This document shows positions 59,782 through 64,000 of a stretch of 64,000 nucleotides of DNA, piece by piece; within the stretch, counting starts at the first letter, position 1; each line of letters starts with the position of its first letter. The stretch covers positions 40,614 to 104,613 of the forward strand of contig JAEAMQ010000051.1 in NCBI GenBank assembly GCA_016901395.1, written 5' to 3'. This DNA is from Prevotella sp. GTDB taxonomy: Bacteria; Bacteroidota; Bacteroidia; Bacteroidales; Bacteroidaceae. Below the pieces are notes generated by a model. It made no database searches, was not told the origin of the DNA, and saw only the letters and a list, made by a program, of their open reading frames with translations. Position numbers and translations under genes: made by a program.

Positions 59782-60801
59782 ATGGAAAATCCTTATATCA
59801 AGCAGTTTCCCGAACTAATGAACGGGAAGACCATCATGTATAACCACGGTTTCGGATCGGCCGCCTCGTCGGGCACGGTGAAACTCATTCAGCAGACCTT
59901 TCCCAACGCACGGGTGGTGGCTTTCGACATTCCGCTCCACCCGGAAGAGGGGTTTGCCTTCCTCCGCGCGAAGGTGGCGGAGGTGAAGCCCCACCTCATC
60001 ATCGGCACGTCGATGGGTGGCATGTACACGGAGATGCTCTACGGTGTGGACCGCATCTGCGTGAACCCGGCGTTTGAAATGGGGCAGACGATGAAAGATC
60101 ACGGCATGACGGGCAACCAGACGTGGCAAAACCCACGGCAAGACGGTGAGACCGACTTCATCGTGACCAAGGCGCTGGTGAAGGAATACCGCGAGCTGAC
60201 GGAGCAATGCTTCGTGGGTCTGGAGGCGCTGGACCCTGAACAGCGGGCCGAGGAGCAGCGCAGGGTGTGGGGACTGTTTGGCGATGAGGACCCGGTGGTG
60301 CACACCTTCGACCTCTATCGCAGCCACTATCCGCAGGCGGCCCACTTCCACGGCGAGCACCGCATGGACGACCGGTCGTTTATGAACGGTGTGGTGCCGG
60401 TCATCCGATGGATAGACGACCGGCAGGAGGGGCGCGAGCGGCAGATTGTCTACATCGATGCCTCGACGTTGCGCGATGGTTATGGCAAACCGAAGTCGTC
60501 GTTGTCGAAGGCGTTTCAAATGCTCATCGAGACCTATCAGGTGTATGTCGTGATGCCCGCGCCGACCAACGACCATGCCGCCCTCGATGCCGACGCGCGC
60601 TGGATAGAGCAGTATCTCTCCACCCCCGCCCACGACCATGTGATCTATACCAACCAGAAAGCCTTGCTCTATGGCGACTATTTCATCGACATGCAGCCCG
60701 ATCCCGACTTCATGGGCACCACGATAGAGTTGGGGTCGGATGAGTTTAAGACGTGGGAGGAAGTGATTGTGTTTTTTGAAAGGTTAAAGCCTCTCCCCTA
60801 A
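59782..60801 (+). CDS. Fusion protein: YqiA-like alpha/beta esterase (N-terminal) plus 5'(3')-deoxyribonucleotidase-like HAD domain (C-terminal)
   Basis: The N-terminus (IMYNHGFGSAASSG...IIGTSMGGMY...VNPAF) parallels E. coli YqiA (LHGFNSS...GSSLGG...VNPAV). The C-terminal 140 aa resemble the NT5C family, but motif I reads YIDAS instead of DxDxV. The last 4 codons and the stop lie inside a REP-like element. Confidence 0.55.
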   Translation: MENPYIKQFPELMNGKTIMYNHGFGSAASSGTVKLIQQTFPNARVVAFDIPLHPEEGFAFLRAKVAEVKPHLIIGTSMGGMYTEMLYGVDRICVNPAFEMGQTMKDHGMTGNQTWQNPRQDGETDFIVTKALVKEYRELTEQCFVGLEALDPEQRAEEQRRVWGLFGDEDPVVHTFDLYRSHYPQAAHFHGEHRMDDRSFMNGVVPVIRWIDDRQEGRERQIVYIDASTLRDGYGKPKSSLSKAFQMLIETYQVYVVMPAPTNDHAALDADARWIEQYLSTPAHDHVIYTNQKALLYGDYFIDMQPDPDFMGTTIELGSDEFKTWEEVIVFFERLKPLP

Positions 60802-60828
60802 CCCCTCCCCCGGAGGGAGGGGAATGAA
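60789..60828. repeat. G/C palindromic REP-like element, left boundary of the DUF559 cassette
   Basis: GCCTCTCCCCTAACCCCTCCCCCGGAGGGAGGGGAATGAA. Confidence 0.85.
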
Positions 60829-60920
60829 TTGTTTGGGGGATGGATTTGGTTGTTTTTGATAAGTGGTACCTTATTAATTGAGAGTAGTTTAATATTTAAT
60901 GTTGTAGAAAGAAGAATAAG

Positions 60921-61319
60921 ATGGAGGAGAAAAAACGTAAGCCTTTTTATCAGACGGCGGCACCGGACAGGTATGACAGGCTTAAGGATTTTGCACGGGA
61001 ACTGCGAAAGGAGATGACGGTGGCAGAGTCTATATTGTGGGACGAACTGCGAAAAAATCCCTATCGACTTCGTTTCCGACGCCAACATCCTATCTTCGAC
61101 TTCATCGTCGACTTTGTTTGTATGAACGGAATGCTTGTTGTTGAGATTGACGGCGGATATCATCAGGAGTCTGAGCAAATGATGGACGACGAGTCACGCA
61201 CCCGTCTTCTCAACAACATGGGGTACACCGTCATGCGCTTTTCCAATGAGGAGGTGGAGTATCAACTACCTCTTGTCACCCAAAAAATCTATGATTTCAT
61301 CCTCGATTCCGAAGAATAA
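60921..61319 (+). CDS. DUF559 endonuclease-domain protein (Vsr-like fold)
   Basis: ARELRKEMTVAESILWDELR...FRRQHPI..FIVDFVC....LVVEIDGGYH...D..R...L...GY.V.RF.N.EV is the DUF559 signature. Confidence 0.85.
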   Translation: MEEKKRKPFYQTAAPDRYDRLKDFARELRKEMTVAESILWDELRKNPYRLRFRRQHPIFDFIVDFVCMNGMLVVEIDGGYHQESEQMMDDESRTRLLNNMGYTVMRFSNEEVEYQLPLVTQKIYDFILDSEE

Positions 61320-61356
61320 CAGCTACCATGACAGCCGAACATCTCCAAAAAACAAT

Positions 61357-61397
61357 ACGGCGGACTACTCCTAAACCTTGAGTAGTCCGCCGTTTTT
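61357..61397 (+). terminator. Rho-independent terminator of the DUF559 gene
   Basis: ACGGCGGACTACTC-9 nt-GAGTAGTCCGCCGT is a 14-bp stem followed by TTTT. Confidence 0.85.
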
Positions 61398-61440
61398 ATG
61401 TGAATAACCTCCATCCTCTCGTTATTGTTTATCCAGCATT

Positions 61441-61482
61441 TCACTCCCCTCCCTCCGGGGGAGGGGTCGGGGGAGAGGCTGG
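61441..61482. repeat. G/C palindromic REP-like element, right boundary of the DUF559 cassette (inverted relative to 60789-60828)
   Basis: TCACTCCCCTCCCTCCGGGGGAGGGGTCGGGGGAGAGGCTGG. Confidence 0.85.
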
Positions 61483-61500
61483 TATGGCTGTTTGACAGGC

Positions 61501-61968
61501 TTAGTATTCTGTTTTCTCTGTACTTGCCATCCACATCTCAAACGCTTTCTTGCCCTCCTCGGGCAACAAAACGTGGATGGGGCGATGGCGCTCGGACAGC
61601 GGACGGTCGATTTCCTGATAGATAAAATCATCGTCGAAGCCTATGCCTGCGGCGGCCTTGCGGTCGTTAGCATAATAGATGGTGTCGAGATGTGCCCAGT
61701 AGATGGCCCCGAGACACATGGGGCAAGGCTCACACGAGCAATAGATGTCGCAGCCCGTGAGGTCGAACGAACGCAGGCGCGTGCAGGCCGCACGTATCGC
61801 GTTCACCTCGGCATGGGCCGTGGGGTCATAGTCTATGGTCACACTGTTGGACGCTTCGGCAATGATTACGCCATCCTTGGCAATGACAGCACCGAAGGGT
61901 CCGCCACCCGTTCTCACACTGTTTTCACTCAGGGCGATGGCCCTGCGCATCAATTCTTCCTTATTCAT
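61501..61968 (-). CDS. CMP/dCMP-type zinc deaminase (guanine deaminase / nucleoside deaminase-like)
   Basis: HAEVNAI and the CEPCPMC zinc motifs. ATG at 61968 (MNKEELMRRAIALS). Confidence 0.8.
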   Translation of the reverse strand: MNKEELMRRAIALSENSVRTGGGPFGAVIAKDGVIIAEASNSVTIDYDPTAHAEVNAIRAACTRLRSFDLTGCDIYCSCEPCPMCLGAIYWAHLDTIYYANDRKAAAGIGFDDDFIYQEIDRPLSERHRPIHVLLPEEGKKAFEMWMASTEKTEY

Positions 61969-62065
61969 AGATTTCGTGTTTATTCCGTTTCTGCAGTTAG
62001 TCCGGGGCATAGCGGCCGTTCCTTATGACAAGTGAAGGACAAGGCCAGACCGAGGAACCAATTTG

Positions 62066-62073
62066 CAAAGATA
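62066..62073 (-). promoter_or_regulatory. -7 box TATCTTTG (minus strand) for the deaminase gene
   Basis: Matches TAnnTTTG, about 98 nt upstream of the ATG at 61968. Confidence 0.45.
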
Positions 62074-62147
62074 AGCAAAATATAAACGTAAGTCGATGGT
62101 TTATACATTTTTTATCATTCCCCATCTGCTTTTAACGACAAATTTCC

Positions 62148-62155
62148 TATCTTTG
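62148..62155 (+). promoter_or_regulatory. -7 box TATCTTTG for ogt (near-leaderless arrangement)
   Basis: Matches TAnnTTTG and ends 8 nt before the ATG at 62163. Confidence 0.45.
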
Positions 62156-62162
62156 CAACACT

Positions 62163-62666
62163 ATGACAACTATCGAATACGGATTTAGCGAAAGCCCCTT
62201 CGGCGAAATCATCGTGGCGCGCACGGTGCTTGGCATCTGCGACCTGCAGTTTCTGGAACACAACAAGCTCGAGACCATTCACGAGCTGGCGCAACGATGG
62301 GGTGTCTACACTCCGACAACGCAGAGCGACCAGATGGCCCACAACGTGGAGCGCGTGATATTCGAGGGTCTCGACCGTGAGCTGACGCTCGACCTGCGGG
62401 GCACGGAGTTCCAGAAACAGGTGTGGCACGAGCTTCAGCGCATTCCCTTCGGGCAGACGGCAAGCTATCAGGAGATAGCCGACCGCATCGGAAACCCCAA
62501 GGGTGTGAGGGCCGTGGCATCGGCCGTGGCGCAAAATCCGATAGCGATGCTCATCCCTTGCCACCGGGTGATCCACAGCGATGGCACCACGGGGGAGTAT
62601 CATTGGGGCCGCGACCTGAAGCGTCGGCTCATTGAATGGGAAGCCGCGAAAGTCGCTAAAGAATAG
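62163..62666 (+). CDS. ogt: Methylated-DNA--protein-cysteine methyltransferase
   Basis: The IPCHRV active-site motif with the preceding NP.....PCHRV context. 167 aa. Confidence 0.9.
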   Translation: MTTIEYGFSESPFGEIIVARTVLGICDLQFLEHNKLETIHELAQRWGVYTPTTQSDQMAHNVERVIFEGLDRELTLDLRGTEFQKQVWHELQRIPFGQTASYQEIADRIGNPKGVRAVASAVAQNPIAMLIPCHRVIHSDGTTGEYHWGRDLKRRLIEWEAAKVAKE

Positions 62667-62692
62667 TTTGCAGACGAAATCCTACGAACAAT

Positions 62693-64000
62693 ATGACCTC
62701 TAATATCACGCCCGAAGAACTTTTCCTTCGGGTAAAAAGCATCATGGGTGCAGCAAATGTACGCCCAAGCATCCTCAACAAGATGATGCACGAGACCCTT
62801 GTGCTCGTGTGTGCCGAGGCGCTGAAGGACTCCCACTATGGCTTTGGCGACCTCAACTCGCAGGTGGAAACCCTCATCCGCCAACTCCAGATACCCGCAG
62901 ACGAGGCCAATGCCATCCGCCAGATGCGGCGACACAGCAACAAGAGCGAGGCACTCTCGTCTGAAGACCTGCGCTATGATGCCTCAGCCCTGGCCACATT
63001 CATAGGTCGGGTGTTTGCCGTGGCGGTGCCTTCCGACTTGCTGTCTGCCCTACCCCGCGACCGACAACAGCCGAAGGACCGTATCCATGCGAACGCACCC
63101 GACAAGCGGTGCATCGTGACGGCATGGGATGAACACTCGATTCAGGTCGTCATCGATGAGGAAGGGCAGGACGAGGAGGCCACGGTGCGCTACACAGAGG
63201 CATCGCAATATGCCCGCATGGAGTATCTCTCGGGCATCCTGAAGGTGGGAATGCACCTCAATCTGTTGGGTTGTGAGGTGTCGGGAAACGTCATCACACC
63301 CCGCCTGATCATTGTCGAGCCTGACTGTTTGCTGGACATCAGCGTCATCTCCAACTGTTTTGAGGACTACGGTCACCATCCTTTGCTCTACCTGTTGAGC
63401 CGTATGCGCGAGAAGCCCAATACCCAGGCGACCCTGCTCGGAAACTTTGCGGGCAGTGCGCTGGATGATATGATCAACAACCCGGAGTTCTCTATGGGGC
63501 AGACTTTGGTCAACAATTTCAGGGAAAAAGCGATGGAATACAGCACCTGTACGGATTTCGATGCCGAACAGTTCAAGCAGGATGCCGCCACGCAGACAGT
63601 CAACCTGCGGCAGATTGTGGACGAGTTGCGACAAAATCATGACCTTTCACGCGCCATCTTAGAGCCGTCGTTTGTCTGCGAGAAGTTAGGATTGCAGGGC
63701 CGTGTGGACCTCATGACCACCGACTTGAAGCTGTTGGTGGAGCAGAAATCGGGCCGCAACATTTTCCTCGAACGCAATGTTCCCAATGCGCATGGGGCCA
63801 AAGTGGTGGAGAAACACTATGTGCAGCTGTTGCTTTACTATGGCATTCTGTATTACAATTTCCGTCAATCGAAGACCGATATACGCCTGCTCTACTCAAA
63901 ATATCCGCTTCCGGGCGGTCTGATGAGTGTGGCCAACCTCATGAAACTGGTCTATGAGGCCATACGGTTTCGCAACGAAGCCATCGCCCTGGAGTTTGAA
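62693..64000 (+). CDS. PD-(D/E)XK (Cas4/AddB/Dna2-type) nuclease-domain protein, N-terminal 436 codons; continues beyond the window
   Basis: This ORF is absent from the track because it has no stop; it is open from ATG 62693 to 64000. GRVDLM...LVEQKSG...HYVQLLLYYGIL fits the D..(D/E)xK..QxxxY nuclease motifs. Confidence 0.6.
   Translation, partial: MTSNITPEELFLRVKSIMGAANVRPSILNKMMHETLVLVCAEALKDSHYGFGDLNSQVETLIRQLQIPADEANAIRQMRRHSNKSEALSSEDLRYDASALATFIGRVFAVAVPSDLLSALPRDRQQPKDRIHANAPDKRCIVTAWDEHSIQVVIDEEGQDEEATVRYTEASQYARMEYLSGILKVGMHLNLLGCEVSGNVITPRLIIVEPDCLLDISVISNCFEDYGHHPLLYLLSRMREKPNTQATLLGNFAGSALDDMINNPEFSMGQTLVNNFREKAMEYSTCTDFDAEQFKQDAATQTVNLRQIVDELRQNHDLSRAILEPSFVCEKLGLQGRVDLMTTDLKLLVEQKSGRNIFLERNVPNAHGAKVVEKHYVQLLLYYGILYYNFRQSKTDIRLLYSKYPLPGGLMSVANLMKLVYEAIRFRNEAIALEFE

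Overview
This 64-kb chromosomal segment looks like a fairly GC-rich Bacteroidales (Prevotellaceae-like) genome. The taxon is inferred from three things: many genes sit behind the Bacteroidota -7 promoter box TAnnTTTG, both glutamine synthetases are type III, and the glycoside-hydrolase set is typical of the group. The window falls into five blocks. (1) 1-16.8 kb is a surface-polysaccharide locus with two convergent arms. The + arm has two acyltransferase-3 genes, a UbiA-type polyprenyl-phosphate phosphoribosyltransferase, a HAD phosphatase, GtrA, an AAA ATPase, three paralogous uncharacterised polytopic membrane proteins and LicD. The - arm has a Wzx flippase, GT2, an IspD/TarI-like cytidylyltransferase and an SDR (a CDP-ribitol-type module). 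An opposite-strand GT-A glycosyltransferase and a Bro-N-like gene fragment interrupt the + arm. (2) 17.6-25.1 kb holds nitrogen and aspartate-family genes: GSIII copy 1, a TorF-like porin, dapL, dapF and asnB. (3) 25.4-28.7 kb is a visibly AT-richer trio: a GH43-like enzyme, a BASS-type transporter and an outer-membrane beta-barrel. (4) 28.8-37.4 kb is housekeeping (rseP, dxr, rimM, murA, DUF4290, tsaB, yicC, gmk, nadD), followed by gltB-gltD and GSIII copy 2 at 37.8-46.9 kb. (5) 47.1-58.9 kb is a pectin/RG-I side-chain degradation cluster (PL11, GH51, a GH2 derivative lacking its catalytic barrel, GH2, GH105, DUF2264). After it come an esterase-HAD fusion, a DUF559 endonuclease cassette, a deaminase, ogt and the 5' part of a PD-(D/E)XK nuclease gene that runs off the window. 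I recognised no rRNA, tRNA, CRISPR array, transposase or integrase. The non-coding fraction is unusually repeat-rich. It contains a ~40-bp G/C palindromic REP-like element (10 copies, often as inverted pairs, one inside a CDS), a dispersed TAATCG-rich element (4 copies), three different tandem arrays (5x33 bp, 3x110 bp, 5x44 bp) and a long inverted repeat between gltB and gltD. The most interesting candidate system is the UbiA/HAD/GtrA lipid-pentose donor module coupled to the three-fold expanded membrane-protein family. Several ORF-track starts use TTG/GTG and are over-extended; I trimmed them to the first ATG consistent with paralogs, signal peptides and neighbouring stops.
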